Assembly (NCBI GenBank): GCA_963771465.1
Contig: CAVYTU010000007.1
Location: 32,001 to 96,000 of the forward strand
DNA from: an uncultured delta proteobacterium
Lineage (GTDB): Bacteria; Desulfobacterota; Binatia; UBA9968
DNA: 64,000 bases
Direction of reading: 5' to 3'
Below, in pieces: positions 17,452 to 27,226 of the stretch. Each line of letters begins with the position of its first letter. Positions within the stretch are counted from its first letter, which is position 1. A program made the translations under genes and the position numbers. Under the pieces are notes generated by a model that searched no databases, was not told where the DNA came from, and worked only from the letters and a program-made list of their open reading frames with translations.

Positions 17452-18402
17452 TCAGTAAATCTCCCGGTAGCGTTTGCGCAAGAGATATCCGGCGATATTG
17501 AAGACCAAAGTCATTGCCATCAATGTCAGCCCGGCAGCGAATATACTCTGATAGGCGATGCTGCCGTGGGGCAGATCGCCCAAGCTCACCTGAACGATGT
17601 ACGCGGTGATGGTGGCGGCACCCTCCATTGGGTTCAGGGTTAAGTTAGGCTGTTGGCCGGCCGCAATGGCCACAACCATGGTTTCCCCTACCGCCCTGGA
17701 GAACGCCAAAACATAAGCTGACGCGATACCGGAAAAAGCCGAGGGGAAGAGCACCCGTAACGCGGTCTGGAGCCGCGTCGCACCCATGGCATAGGAGCCT
17801 TCGCGAATAGTTACCGGCACGGCTCTCATGGCATCTTCACTCAAGGAACTGACGTACGGGATGATCATAATGCCGATGACGACGCCGGCGCTAAGCATGT
17901 TGAAACCCGGCAGTTCAGGCAAAAGTTTTTGCAGTATCGGGGTTACGAACAGTAGCGCGAAGTAACCAAAAACTACGGTCGGCACGGCGCTCAAAAGTTC
18001 CAGGATCGGTTTTAAAACTTCTTTGACCCGACTATTGGCATATTCACTAAGATAAATGGCGATGGTGGTGCCCACGGGCAGCGCTAGTAGCAAGGCGACC
18101 GACGAGGTTACCACCGTGCCGGCGACCAAGGGCATGATGCCATAGTGGGGATTCTCGAATAACACGGTCCACTGGGTGTCGGTTAGAAAATCGACGATCG
18201 AGACGCTTTTAAAGAATGACCAGGATTCAGTAAGTAAAATTCCAACAATGCCCACCGTGATCGCGATGGAAGAGAGTGCGCACAAAAACATCGCAAACTC
18301 GATGATCCGTTCACGGATTTTTTGCATACTCAAATGCGCAGCCGACGCCTGCAGCGAAATCTTTCCTGCCAGATAGCCGGCTTGAGCCTGGTTGGCTTCC
18401 AT
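17452..18402 (-). CDS. pstC: Phosphate ABC transporter permease PstC
   Basis: ELLSAVPTVVFG, RAVGETM; operon order. Confidence 0.95.
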   Translation of the reverse strand: MEANQAQAGYLAGKISLQASAAHLSMQKIRERIIEFAMFLCALSSIAITVGIVGILLTESWSFFKSVSIVDFLTDTQWTVLFENPHYGIMPLVAGTVVTSSVALLLALPVGTTIAIYLSEYANSRVKEVLKPILELLSAVPTVVFGYFALLFVTPILQKLLPELPGFNMLSAGVVIGIMIIPYVSSLSEDAMRAVPVTIREGSYAMGATRLQTALRVLFPSAFSGIASAYVLAFSRAVGETMVVAIAAGQQPNLTLNPMEGAATITAYIVQVSLGDLPHGSIAYQSIFAAGLTLMAMTLVFNIAGYLLRKRYREIY

Positions 18403-18438
18403 ACTCTGGTTTCCTTCTATTCCTTAGAGACAGAGGAA

Positions 18439-18475
18439 GAATTGACGGGATACGGTCAAAGCATCCCGCCAATTC
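18439..18475 (-). terminator. Hairpin between pstS and pstC (terminator or mRNA stabiliser)
   Basis: GAATTGACGGGAT...ATCCCGCCAATTC inverted repeat. Confidence 0.5.
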
Positions 18476-18487
18476 AACCGGGGGAGG

Positions 18488-19474
18488 TTAGAACTTCGCT
18501 TCTCGCTTCAGTAGGTCTTCGATTTTCACACCTACTTCGGCCTCGCCGCCGAACACGGTCCCGATCTTGTTCTTCTTCAAATGATCGAGGCCCACGCTAT
18601 AGGCGCTCTGGGGAAGCGCTACATATTTTACGTCTTTAACCAGCTTTGGAGCGTTTTTCAGATAGAACTCGACGAACTCCTTGACATCCGGCTTGTCCAT
18701 GGATTTTTTAGCAACGTAAATAAAAATCGGACGGGAGAGAGGTTGATAAGAGCCGTCTTCAACAGTTTTGGGTGACGGAACGACGGGACCTTTGCCGCCG
18801 TCGATCGCGACCGCCTTGAGCTTTTTCTGGTTCTCGACATAGTAAGCAAAACCAAAATATCCCAGAGCATTGCGGTCGTTGCCGATGCCTTGGACCAGGA
18901 CGTTATCGTCCTCGCTGGCGGTAAAGTCACCGCGACTGGACTTGGCCTTTCCGACAATCGCTTCGGTGAAGTAATCGAAGGTCCCGGAATCAGCGCCGGC
19001 ACCAAACAGTTTCAACGGCGCATTGGGCCAGTTGGGGCGGACTTGGTTCCAGTTTGTTATCTTGCCTTGCGCGCCGGGTTCCCAAATCTTCTTGAGCTCT
19101 GCCACGGTCATTGACCCGGCCCAATCATTTTTTGGGTTCACCATCACGGTCAATGCGTCATAAGCGACCGGTAGTTCAAAATACTCAATGCCGGCACCCT
19201 TGCATGCTTCCATCTCTTGCTTAAGGATGGGTCGCGAAGCGTCCTGGACATCGGTCTCACCGCGGCAGAACTTCTTGAAACCGCCGCCGGTGCCGGCGAT
19301 GCCGACCGTGACTTTGACTTTGCCTTTTTTAGATTTTTGAAATTCTTCGGCGACCGCTTCGGTTATGGGAAACACCGTGCTTGAGCCGTCGATCTGGATA
19401 ACTTGTGCCTTGGCCGCAGGCGGGGCGACCCCGAGGAGGGCGAGAAGTGAAACTGCCAATAATGCATTTTTCAT
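18488..19474 (-). CDS. pstS: Phosphate-binding protein PstS
   Basis: Signal peptide, [31 protein letters not shown]. Confidence 0.95.
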   Translation of the reverse strand: MKNALLAVSLLALLGVAPPAAKAQVIQIDGSSTVFPITEAVAEEFQKSKKGKVKVTVGIAGTGGGFKKFCRGETDVQDASRPILKQEMEACKGAGIEYFELPVAYDALTVMVNPKNDWAGSMTVAELKKIWEPGAQGKITNWNQVRPNWPNAPLKLFGAGADSGTFDYFTEAIVGKAKSSRGDFTASEDDNVLVQGIGNDRNALGYFGFAYYVENQKKLKAVAIDGGKGPVVPSPKTVEDGSYQPLSRPIFIYVAKKSMDKPDVKEFVEFYLKNAPKLVKDVKYVALPQSAYSVGLDHLKKNKIGTVFGGEAEVGVKIEDLLKREAKF

Positions 19475-19512
19475 CTTTTTCTCCTTTTTCTACGAGTTAA
19501 TTAGCGATCCAA

Positions 19513-19649
19513 TGTTACGGTTATGTTACAAGCGTCTTAACGTTTGATGAATGCGACGGCTGCATCAAATCGTTTATCTCAATCATTCGACGGTGAACGT
19601 AAGCGCCAATTGTAAATGCTACGTGACGGTTGGATTAAGACCGAATTAA
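19513..19649 (-). promoter_or_regulatory. Two arrays of Pho-box-like 11-bp-periodic hexamers upstream of pstS
   Basis: Plus-strand TGTTAC/TGTTAC/TCTTAA at 19513/19524/19535; TGTAAA/CGTGAC/GATTAA/AATTAA at 19611/19622/19633/19644. Confidence 0.65.
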
Positions 19650-19669
19650 ATAGGGACGGCCATCCATCG

Positions 19670-20668
19670 CTACGGTTGGGGTTCACGCTGGAGAAGCGTG
19701 TCAATTTTTATGGCGATTTCAGCCTTGCCACCGAAGGCAGTCCCGTAGCGTCCGATTCTTACTCGCTCGATAGCGAGCTCATATCCGCGAGTCGGCAGGG
19801 GCACATATTTCAATTGCTTGACGATTTGTGACGCCCTGGTGAGATAGAACGCGATGAACTGGCGCATTTCAGCCCCATCAAGGCTCTTTTTGCTGATGTA
19901 AATAAACAGCGGTCGCGACAGCGGTTGGTAGGTGCCATCTTCTACGCTCTTAACCGACGGCGACACCGGTCCGTTGCCGCCGTCGATGGGCACAGCCCGC
20001 AATTTCTTCTGATTTTGAACGTAGTAACCGTAGCCAAAATAGCCAAGCGCATCGGGCTCTTTGGCGATGGCTTGAACCAGAACGTTGTCGTCTTCGCTAG
20101 CGCTGTAATCGCTTCGGCTCGCTTTGGACTTACCGACGATCGCTTCAGTGAAGTAATCGAAGGTGCCTGAATCGGCGCCTGGAGCAAACAGTTTGATCAG
20201 CCGGTCGGGCCAAGCGGCGCGAATCTGTCGCCAATGGGTAATTCGACTCTGCGCCGCCGGTTCCCAGATTCTTTTCAGCTCGCCGATCGAAAATGAGTTC
20301 GCCCAATTGTTCTGGGGATTTACCAGTACCGTTAAAGCATCGTAGGCGAGCGGGATCTCGATGAATTGAACGCCGAATTTTTTGCAGAGATCCAGCTCGT
20401 GTTTGAGAATCGGCCGGGACGCATTGTTGATATTCGACACTTCAAGGCAAAAATTTCTAAAGCCGCCGCCGGTTCCTGATATTCCAATGGTCGCGGTGAT
20501 CGAGCCGTGCATTAGTTTTTGAAAGTCATCCGCGGCTTTCTTGGATATCGGATAGACCGTGCTCGAACCGTCGATTTTGATCGCTTGAGCGTAGAGCAGC
20601 GCCGGCAATATAAAGCCTAAAGCGGCGACAAAATTTTTTTGCAGCAATGCCTTTAGAAGCTCTTTCAT
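19670..20668 (-). CDS. pstS: Second phosphate-binding protein (PstS paralogue)
   Basis: [28 protein letters not shown]; colinear with the adjacent PstS. Confidence 0.9.
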   Translation of the reverse strand: MKELLKALLQKNFVAALGFILPALLYAQAIKIDGSSTVYPISKKAADDFQKLMHGSITATIGISGTGGGFRNFCLEVSNINNASRPILKHELDLCKKFGVQFIEIPLAYDALTVLVNPQNNWANSFSIGELKRIWEPAAQSRITHWRQIRAAWPDRLIKLFAPGADSGTFDYFTEAIVGKSKASRSDYSASEDDNVLVQAIAKEPDALGYFGYGYYVQNQKKLRAVPIDGGNGPVSPSVKSVEDGTYQPLSRPLFIYISKKSLDGAEMRQFIAFYLTRASQIVKQLKYVPLPTRGYELAIERVRIGRYGTAFGGKAEIAIKIDTLLQREPQP

Positions 20669-20691
20669 TTGTTTATGGCAATACTAGGCAA

Positions 20692-20785
20692 CCAATGTTA
20701 CGGCTAGGTTGCGCTCCGATGAATAAGCTCCGCGTGAATGGGGCTACAGCTAGGGATACGCGATTTTCGTAACAAGGATTTAACA
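20692..20785. promoter_or_regulatory. Divergent Pho-box-like sites for pstS2 (minus) and the TMK-like pair (plus)
   Basis: CCAATGTTACGGCTAGGTTGC nearly duplicates the pstS site; GTAACA and TTAACA at 20769 and 20780. Confidence 0.65.
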
Positions 20786-20873
20786 ATTGGCAGGATCGGG
20801 ACTGCTGGCGCTTCGCAGGCGACATTTGATAAGTTGGACCCGAATACGACGCGAATTGGAGGGTTAATTTCTC

Positions 20874-21608
20874 ATGGCTGGCGGCATGAAAATGTACGGC
20901 AAACATCGCTTTCCTGGGCGATTGTTCATCGTCGAAGGAATTGACGGCTCGGGTAAGAGCACGCAATTGATGCTGCTCAAGAAGTGGCTTGAGTCCGAGG
21001 GTTATGTCGTCTATTTCAGTGAGTGGAACTCTTCGCCGCTGGTTCACGATGTGACCAAGCGCGGCAAGAAAAAGAAAATGCTGACGCCGATGACCTTTAG
21101 CTTAATTCATGCTACCGATTTTGCCGACCGCACGGAACACCACATCATTCCGCCGTTGAAAGCGGGCGCCGTCGTGTTGGCCGATCGTTACGTTTATACC
21201 GCGTTCGCCCGCGACGTGGTTCGCGGTGTCAGTCCCAAGTGGGTCAGGGATCTTTACGCCTTCGCCGTCAAGCCGACCATCGCCTTCTACTTTCGCACGC
21301 CGCTGGACGTGTCCATGAAGCGAATTCTTGGTGGCCGTGATGCGATCAAGTATTACGAAGCGGGCATGGACCTCGGTCTCAGCGACGATTTGGAACAGAG
21401 TTTCAAGCTATTTCAAGGACATATCATCGAGGAATACGAAAAGATGGTCGATGAGTTCGGTCTCGTCGTGATCGACGCCACCCGTTCCATCGAAGAGCAG
21501 CAGGCGGAAGTGCGCCAGATTGTCGGCGATGCGCTGGCCGGAACGAAGAAAACCAAGGTGAGGCGATGGCTCGATTTAACTTCTTTGGCGAAGGGCTCCC
21601 GGATATAG
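20874..21608 (+). CDS. Thymidylate-kinase-like P-loop kinase, copy 1
   Basis: IVEGIDGSGKSTQ, LADRY; start could be 20886 or 20892. Confidence 0.85.
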   Translation: MAGGMKMYGKHRFPGRLFIVEGIDGSGKSTQLMLLKKWLESEGYVVYFSEWNSSPLVHDVTKRGKKKKMLTPMTFSLIHATDFADRTEHHIIPPLKAGAVVLADRYVYTAFARDVVRGVSPKWVRDLYAFAVKPTIAFYFRTPLDVSMKRILGGRDAIKYYEAGMDLGLSDDLEQSFKLFQGHIIEEYEKMVDEFGLVVIDATRSIEEQQAEVRQIVGDALAGTKKTKVRRWLDLTSLAKGSRI

Positions 21609-22261
21609 ATCTCGCTGAGTTGAAGGGCAAGCTCATCGTCTTGGAAGGCACGGACGGTGTCGGCCGCTCGACTCAGATCGGGCTGCTCAAGCAGTGGCTC
21701 GAAAACCACGGCCATGCCGTGCTCGACACTGGTATGACTCGCTCGGCCCTGGCCGGCAAGCGGCTAAAGATTGCCAAGGAAGGCCACACGCTGGGCGGCA
21801 TCACGATGAGTTTGTTTTATGCCACCGATTTCGCCGATCGCTTGGAGAACGAAATCATTCCGGCGTTGCGCGCCGGCTTCATCGTGCTCACCGACCGATA
21901 CACTTATTCGCTGATGGCGCGGGCGATTGTCCGCGGCGCCGATCCGGAGTGGCTGCGCGAGGTGTACGGTTTCGCACTCATCCCCGACGCGATTTTCTAT
22001 TTGCGCGTGCAGATCGACGACCTGATCACGCGCGTGCTGCAAAGCCGCGGCTTTAATTACTGGGAGTCGGGCATGGATCTCCACATGGGCGAAGACATGT
22101 ATGAAAGTTTTGTCCGCTATCAGAAATGGCTGTTGGCCGAGTTCGATAAGATGGTCGAGGTTTATGGATTTCAACCCATCGATGCGGCGGGCTCGGTGGA
22201 GGATGTTTTCAATGACTTGCGTGACCGAGTCGACGCCGTGGTCGCGCGCAACGGCGCCTAG
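21566..22261 (+). CDS. Thymidylate-kinase-like P-loop kinase, copy 2 (Walker A Lys replaced by Arg)
   Basis: VLEGTDGVGRSTQ, LTDRY; overlaps copy 1 by 43 nt. Confidence 0.85.
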   Translation: MARFNFFGEGLPDIDLAELKGKLIVLEGTDGVGRSTQIGLLKQWLENHGHAVLDTGMTRSALAGKRLKIAKEGHTLGGITMSLFYATDFADRLENEIIPALRAGFIVLTDRYTYSLMARAIVRGADPEWLREVYGFALIPDAIFYLRVQIDDLITRVLQSRGFNYWESGMDLHMGEDMYESFVRYQKWLLAEFDKMVEVYGFQPIDAAGSVEDVFNDLRDRVDAVVARNGA

Positions 22262-23181
22262 CGCTTGGGGTGCGGCGCCTCGATCAGCGGTTTCCAGCGC
22301 ACCCAACATTCAGGGACTTTGGCGGCGTCGCTGAGAAGTTGATTGATTGTCGTCTGAGTGTGGAGTTTTTCTTTTTCCATTTCAGTGAGCAGAGATCGGC
22401 CGATGTCGGGATGATCGGCCAGGAAATTGGCCCGGCCGATGAATTCCGCAAGGTCGGCGATGAGCAGTAAGCGGTCATGCCAGTCGCCGAGAGCGTTTTG
22501 TAGTTCCTTGAGTGCTTGCACCAAGGGCTTGGCCTTGTTTTCTCCCAACTCTGCGAGTAGTTCGACCCGGTAGCGCAAACGTTTGCCAGCGATGCGGAAC
22601 TGGTGGAGGTGAACTTCATCGCTCTGCTCGGTCGCCGAAACGAACGCTTCCTGCCAAGCTGCCATCGATTTCGCGACTGCGTTTTCAAGTATCTTGACCG
22701 GATCGGCGTCGCTGTCGGCGGCTGCGATCAGCGCCTGCGCGCGGGTGATGAAGCTAAACAAATCGTGCCGGGCGATCTCGTGGCGTGCGCGCTCGAGTAG
22801 CCGGCCGCGTTGCGCTTCAAGCTCATCTTGAACCGCACCCCACGCAAGCTGCACTGCGGCTGCGCCGGCGCGCCGGCGTTTTTCCTTTATCAGATCGAGG
22901 TTGACGTCGAGATTGCGGCAAGATCCAAGCGCTTGGCGCACCTGGCGCAGAAGGCGCAGCACTTTTTTGATTTTTGGTGGTTTGGCTGCCGGATGGATTG
23001 CGCGCAGCACCTGCTGTAGACGACGACTCCCAACGCGCAGATGATGGATCGTTTCCGGATCGTCGTTAACCAGCAATTTTGGCATGAGGGTGGCGAACCG
23101 TTGCAGACGTTTGCGGGCGAGCTTTAGCAACCTTTTCTGGTTCGAGATAGCCGCCTCAGAGGGGTTTGCCGTAGCGTCCAT
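22258..23181 (-). CDS. CHAD-domain (polyphosphate-binding) protein
   Basis: IHHLRVGSRRL, LG..RNLDV, LHQFRIAGKRLRY, LQNALGDWHD. Confidence 0.9.
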   Translation of the reverse strand: MDATANPSEAAISNQKRLLKLARKRLQRFATLMPKLLVNDDPETIHHLRVGSRRLQQVLRAIHPAAKPPKIKKVLRLLRQVRQALGSCRNLDVNLDLIKEKRRRAGAAAVQLAWGAVQDELEAQRGRLLERARHEIARHDLFSFITRAQALIAAADSDADPVKILENAVAKSMAAWQEAFVSATEQSDEVHLHQFRIAGKRLRYRVELLAELGENKAKPLVQALKELQNALGDWHDRLLLIADLAEFIGRANFLADHPDIGRSLLTEMEKEKLHTQTTINQLLSDAAKVPECWVRWKPLIEAPHPKR

Positions 23182-23189
23182 GGCTAGCT

Positions 23190-23714
23190 TCAATGTTTCG
23201 CCGCTCGGGTTCCGAGTAGACGCAGCTGTTTGGGCGCCAGGTGCCAATGCAGGATGGCTGGACTCGACGGCGGCAAGCCGTCGATTTCGATCCGGCAGAG
23301 CGATCCTTTGCGCAGATCGATTTTCATTCCATGGCCGCGGCTGCCGCAGAGCAACGAGCTTATCGTTTTACTGAGCAAAGGCTCATGACCGACCATGAGG
23401 AGGTGGTCGCGATCATGATAGCGCGTTAGGCTGAACAGCAGATGCTCCAGGTCACTTTCCGGCGCGAGGCCGGAGACTTCTTCGAGACAAGATTCCAGAC
23501 CCAGTGCGGTCGCGACAATTTCCGCGGTCTGGCGCGCGCGCAAGACCGGACTGGTCAAAATCCCGTCAAAGGCAACGTCTAGACGGCGAATTCCGCGTGC
23601 CGCCCGGCGTAGACGTTTAACGCCCTTAGGCGTGAGCGGCCGCTCGTTGTCACGCGTTACTGCGGGTTCGTCCGCCGCGACCGCGATACCATGACGCATG
23701 AGATAGAGATTCAT
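23190..23714 (-). CDS. sixA: Phosphohistidine phosphatase SixA
   Basis: LYLMRHG, RPLT, SPVLRARQTA, VGHEP. Confidence 0.9.
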   Translation of the reverse strand: MNLYLMRHGIAVAADEPAVTRDNERPLTPKGVKRLRRAARGIRRLDVAFDGILTSPVLRARQTAEIVATALGLESCLEEVSGLAPESDLEHLLFSLTRYHDRDHLLMVGHEPLLSKTISSLLCGSRGHGMKIDLRKGSLCRIEIDGLPPSSPAILHWHLAPKQLRLLGTRAAKH

Positions 23715-23746
23715 TGCGATTGGGCTTTCCTAACATTTCTTCCATG

Positions 23747-24187
23747 CTAAGAAATATTGCGCCAGTGATCGAGAAACAAGGCGAAAACTCTTTTGTCGAT
23801 TTCGTCGCGGTTCTCCCGAATCGCCTTTAGCGTTGGCTGGTCGTCACCGCCACTCGCCGGATGGTTTGGCACGTTCCAGTTTTCGACGCTGGCGCGACCC
23901 GGTAGATTCGAACATTTTTTGTGGGCGTCATCGAAGCTCACGACGAGATCGATCTCTTGGATCGGCACATCGGCCAAACCCTTACTACTTTGACCGAGCA
24001 TGCTGATGCCCAATTCTTGCATCGCTTGTACCACATGGAGAGGAATGACTCCTGGCTTGATGCCGGCGCTAAATATTCTCGTTCGCGGCGGCGCCAGATG
24101 CTTGGCGCTGGCTTCGGCAATCTGGCTTAAGCAGGTATTGTCTTGGCAAAGGAAGAGAACGTTACGTTGAATGCTTTCGCGGCGCAT
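23747..24187 (-). CDS. LMW-PTP/ArsC-fold protein with degenerate active site
   Basis: VLFLCQDNTCLSQIAE (no CX5R arginine), FSAG, QSSKGL; WNVPNHP instead of W..PDP. Confidence 0.8.
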   Translation of the reverse strand: MRRESIQRNVLFLCQDNTCLSQIAEASAKHLAPPRTRIFSAGIKPGVIPLHVVQAMQELGISMLGQSSKGLADVPIQEIDLVVSFDDAHKKCSNLPGRASVENWNVPNHPASGGDDQPTLKAIRENRDEIDKRVFALFLDHWRNIS

Positions 24188-24203
24188 TTCGACCTCCTAT
24201 TTT

Positions 24204-25754
24204 TTATCGTGAATGGTTGGTTGGCTTACGTTTGAGCGAAAGGTTGAGATTGAAAACTTCTTCCAGCAGCCTGCCTTTTTTGAGCGCCCGGTCGATTTCA
24301 TCGTCAATGTTGGCGCGCGCGGTCACCGCGATCGTCAAGATTTTGTTCTTGGCGAGGGCGGCGCTCACCGATTCGACTCTTTGCTCGCGGCGAAAGTCGA
24401 GCGCGTCGGCGATGCGCACCAGCGCGCTCAATTTGCGCACCACGTCCTGATCCGCCGGCGCCAGTTGGCTAAAGCCGAGATGTTTGGGACTGGGGTGCGC
24501 TTTGCGGTGATAGCGCGCGATGTTGGCGACCAGCTCGAGGTCGAGTTTGTTGAACGACTTCATGCCGGAGCTCTTGACCAAGTAGTAAGAGTGCTTATGG
24601 TGCTTGGGTTGAGCGATGAAAAGTCCGATATCATGCAGCAGCGCCGCGGCGTTGAGCACGCTGGCGTATTTTTCCGGCAACTGGTGCACGCGATGCAGTT
24701 GATAGAAAAGATTGAGCGCCAGCTGACTGACGTGATGAGAATGGGCGGCATCGTAAAGATATTTCTGCGAGACCTGTTCGAGCGACTCGGCACGCTCAGC
24801 GTCGGGATACCAGGGACCGGTTTCTTCGTAGTGCCGGCGCAGCAAATCGACCATCAAGCCGTCGCGTAGGCCACGGCGCGATACAAAAATATAATCCAGC
24901 CCGATCTCTGCCATAATTTCATGGAGCACCAGGCCGCCGGCGACGACAATGTCGGCGCGTTTGGGATCGCCGCTGATCATCTTGGCGCGCTCCGCGGCGG
25001 GCTCGTTGATCAAGATCTCAAGCAACGCTCTGAGCCGCTGGCGCCGTAAGACGGTGAGTGAGCCGGCTTTGTTGGGATCGCCGGTGACCCGCGTGTCGGT
25101 TTCGGCCAGTGCCGTGATCGTGCCGCCGCTACCGAAGGCCATGGTGAATTTTTCGCGTTGAACTCGCCGCACCACCGGTTTCAGCTTGGCCCGAACGAAC
25201 TCTCGAAGCTGTTTAACTTCCTTGTGATGGGGCGGGTCGTTGGCCAGGTAACCTTCCGTTAAGCGCACCGCGCCCAAAGGCAGACTGAACAAGCAGAAAG
25301 TATTGGTCGTGTTGGCCACCGCGATCTCGACGCTGCCGCCGCCGATATCGAGGAACAAGCCGAGGGGCAAATGAAAACGGAGTCCGCTCATAATGCCGAG
25401 GCTGATCAAGCGCGCTTCTTCCTCCTCGGACAGGACTTCCAGCGGTATGCCGATCTTGGCCGCGCGTTTGACAAATGCGCGGCCATCGGACGCTTCGCGC
25501 AATGCGCTGGTGCCGGTGGCGCGAATCGCTTTGACGCGAAAACGGTCGGCTAGTTTCTTGAAATCGGCGAGGACATTAAGTGCGGCTTCGGCTGTCTGTG
25601 GGTTGAGCTTGCCGGTATTGAAGACATCGCGCCCCAAGCGCACTGGCTGACGCTCCTGCTCTAACACCCGATAATGCTTGGGGTGATCGACCACCGCGAC
25701 TTGGCAACGCATGGCGTTGCTGCCGACATCGATTACCGCGAAATGATCTGCCAT
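24204..25754 (-). CDS. ppx: Exopolyphosphatase Ppx/GppA with C-terminal HD domain
   Basis: IDVGSN, EEEAR, DIGGGSVE, GLRDG, LLHDIG...HHKHS. Confidence 0.93.
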   Translation of the reverse strand: MADHFAVIDVGSNAMRCQVAVVDHPKHYRVLEQERQPVRLGRDVFNTGKLNPQTAEAALNVLADFKKLADRFRVKAIRATGTSALREASDGRAFVKRAAKIGIPLEVLSEEEEARLISLGIMSGLRFHLPLGLFLDIGGGSVEIAVANTTNTFCLFSLPLGAVRLTEGYLANDPPHHKEVKQLREFVRAKLKPVVRRVQREKFTMAFGSGGTITALAETDTRVTGDPNKAGSLTVLRRQRLRALLEILINEPAAERAKMISGDPKRADIVVAGGLVLHEIMAEIGLDYIFVSRRGLRDGLMVDLLRRHYEETGPWYPDAERAESLEQVSQKYLYDAAHSHHVSQLALNLFYQLHRVHQLPEKYASVLNAAALLHDIGLFIAQPKHHKHSYYLVKSSGMKSFNKLDLELVANIARYHRKAHPSPKHLGFSQLAPADQDVVRKLSALVRIADALDFRREQRVESVSAALAKNKILTIAVTARANIDDEIDRALKKGRLLEEVFNLNLSLKRKPTNHSR

Positions 25755-25810
25755 TGAAAGGTTTCATATCATATCGCGCCAGGGTAGCGAGCCCCATGTC
25801 GAGGACGATC

Positions 25811-25838
25811 GGTTAAATTTAGGTTAAATCTGAGTAAA
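25811..25838 (-). promoter_or_regulatory. Pho-box-like array upstream of ppx operon
   Basis: GGTTAA/GGTTAA/AGTAAA at 25811/25822/25833. Confidence 0.65.
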
Positions 25839-25873
25839 TTCGAATAGTCCAAAAACGACCTCGCATTACTCGA

Positions 25874-26221
25874 TCATGATTCGAACAAACGGTAGACGTT
25901 ACCGGCTTTGCGGCGTGATTTGCCGGCACGGGCGGCGCCGTGAGTGGCGCGCGTGGCGGCGCATGCGCCAATCTCCTTGGCAAGTCGATCGGCTAATTGC
26001 ACGATTTCTTCGACAACGTGCTCAAGCGCTTTAAGATCGCTGTCCGCCCGTGACGGAGCCTTATCTTCATGCTCGCGTCGAAGCGAACCACGGATTTTGA
26101 AACTATAAAGACTGATCACGCTCAATTGGTTGAGCATTTCGTGCAGAATCCGGCGCGCTTCATTGGCGCGATCTATGGGCTTGGGTTTTTCTGATTTTGG
26201 GGTTGCCGGAACGATGCGCAT
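25874..26221 (-). CDS. Small protein resembling a stand-alone HisKA (DHp) domain
   Basis: ILHEMLNQLSVISLY H-box-like helix plus second amphipathic helix; AAGGAG RBS. Confidence 0.55.
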   Translation of the reverse strand: MRIVPATPKSEKPKPIDRANEARRILHEMLNQLSVISLYSFKIRGSLRREHEDKAPSRADSDLKALEHVVEEIVQLADRLAKEIGACAATRATHGAARAGKSRRKAGNVYRLFES

Positions 26222-26604
26222 CGTGAGCTAGCTCCTTGTGCCTTGATGCACGGGCGCGATTAAAGTTGCCCGGATCCTGCTGTGCCGCGCTCTTGGTTCG
26301 GGTTCGGCCGATTACATTTTGTCCGACCAAACTTTTGACAATATTTCTCTCCATGGCCGAGGCGCAACCCTTCCGGAAAGAAGGCAAAGCAGACGTGCCT
26401 TGAAGCTCGCAGCAATGCATTTGTCTATGAGAATCAGCAGTGACAATGTCAATCATCGTGCCACGCGGGCATAAAATGAAACATTCGCCCCGCTGCCCTC
26501 TTTCCTCCAGGGTCACGCCTCGATCGGTACGCTGTCATCCGTTGTCCTGGTTGCCTGAATGATGCGGACTAGCGGTGTTGGGTGGTGCTGAAAACGCCCG
26601 ACCG

Positions 26605-27147
26605 TCAAATACTCGCGGTGCTTTGGCGCGGCCAGCCGAAGAGATACGGCACAAACTTCTTGCGCCACGGCTGGGACGGCAACGGCGGTGTGATCGACAA
26701 CACCGGACAGGGGCTTAGCCGCGTGACGCGGTCAGTGATGCCGCCGTTCAACCAATGGCGCAGGCTGCGGCTGCGGCGCGGCGACATGATGATCAGATCG
26801 GTTTTTTCCTCCGCCGCGATCGAGGTGATGTGCTCGGTGACGCTGCCGAGCACAACTCTCTTGGTCGCGCACGGCAGCTGCTTGAGCTTGGCGAGATGGG
26901 GCTCCAAGAAATGGTTCAGATCGAGAGTCGCTTCGGCAAGAACGCGATCGAGCGGCCATACCTTATTCTGGTTACCGGTGTAGATTTCGAACTCTGACGC
27001 CAATTCCCATGCGTTGGTTTCGCTGGCGACGTGGAGTATGACCAGTGCGGCTTTTTCTTCCGCTGCCAGCCAGCAGCCATACGACAGGGCACGCCGGGAA
27101 TGCTCCGACAGATCGGTCGGTACCAAGATTTTGCTTAATCGTTTCAT
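26605..27147 (-). CDS. Universal stress protein
   Basis: KILVPTDLSEHS...ILHV...DLIIM...GGITDRVTRLSPCPVL; AAGGAGG RBS. Confidence 0.9.
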   Translation of the reverse strand: MKRLSKILVPTDLSEHSRRALSYGCWLAAEEKAALVILHVASETNAWELASEFEIYTGNQNKVWPLDRVLAEATLDLNHFLEPHLAKLKQLPCATKRVVLGSVTEHITSIAAEEKTDLIIMSPRRSRSLRHWLNGGITDRVTRLSPCPVLSITPPLPSQPWRKKFVPYLFGWPRQSTASI

Positions 27148-27226
27148 AAATCCTCCTTGACAGTTTTACTGTAGGTACTCTAACTCGGCCGTGTTAGCGC
27201 GTGATGACGGCGCGAAAAACTGTCGA

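Noticed and set aside
20874-22261. Calling the pair tmk or ppk2
   Set aside because: TMK-specific TREPG and PPK2-specific DAAGK/DRSWY motifs are both absent; function left open
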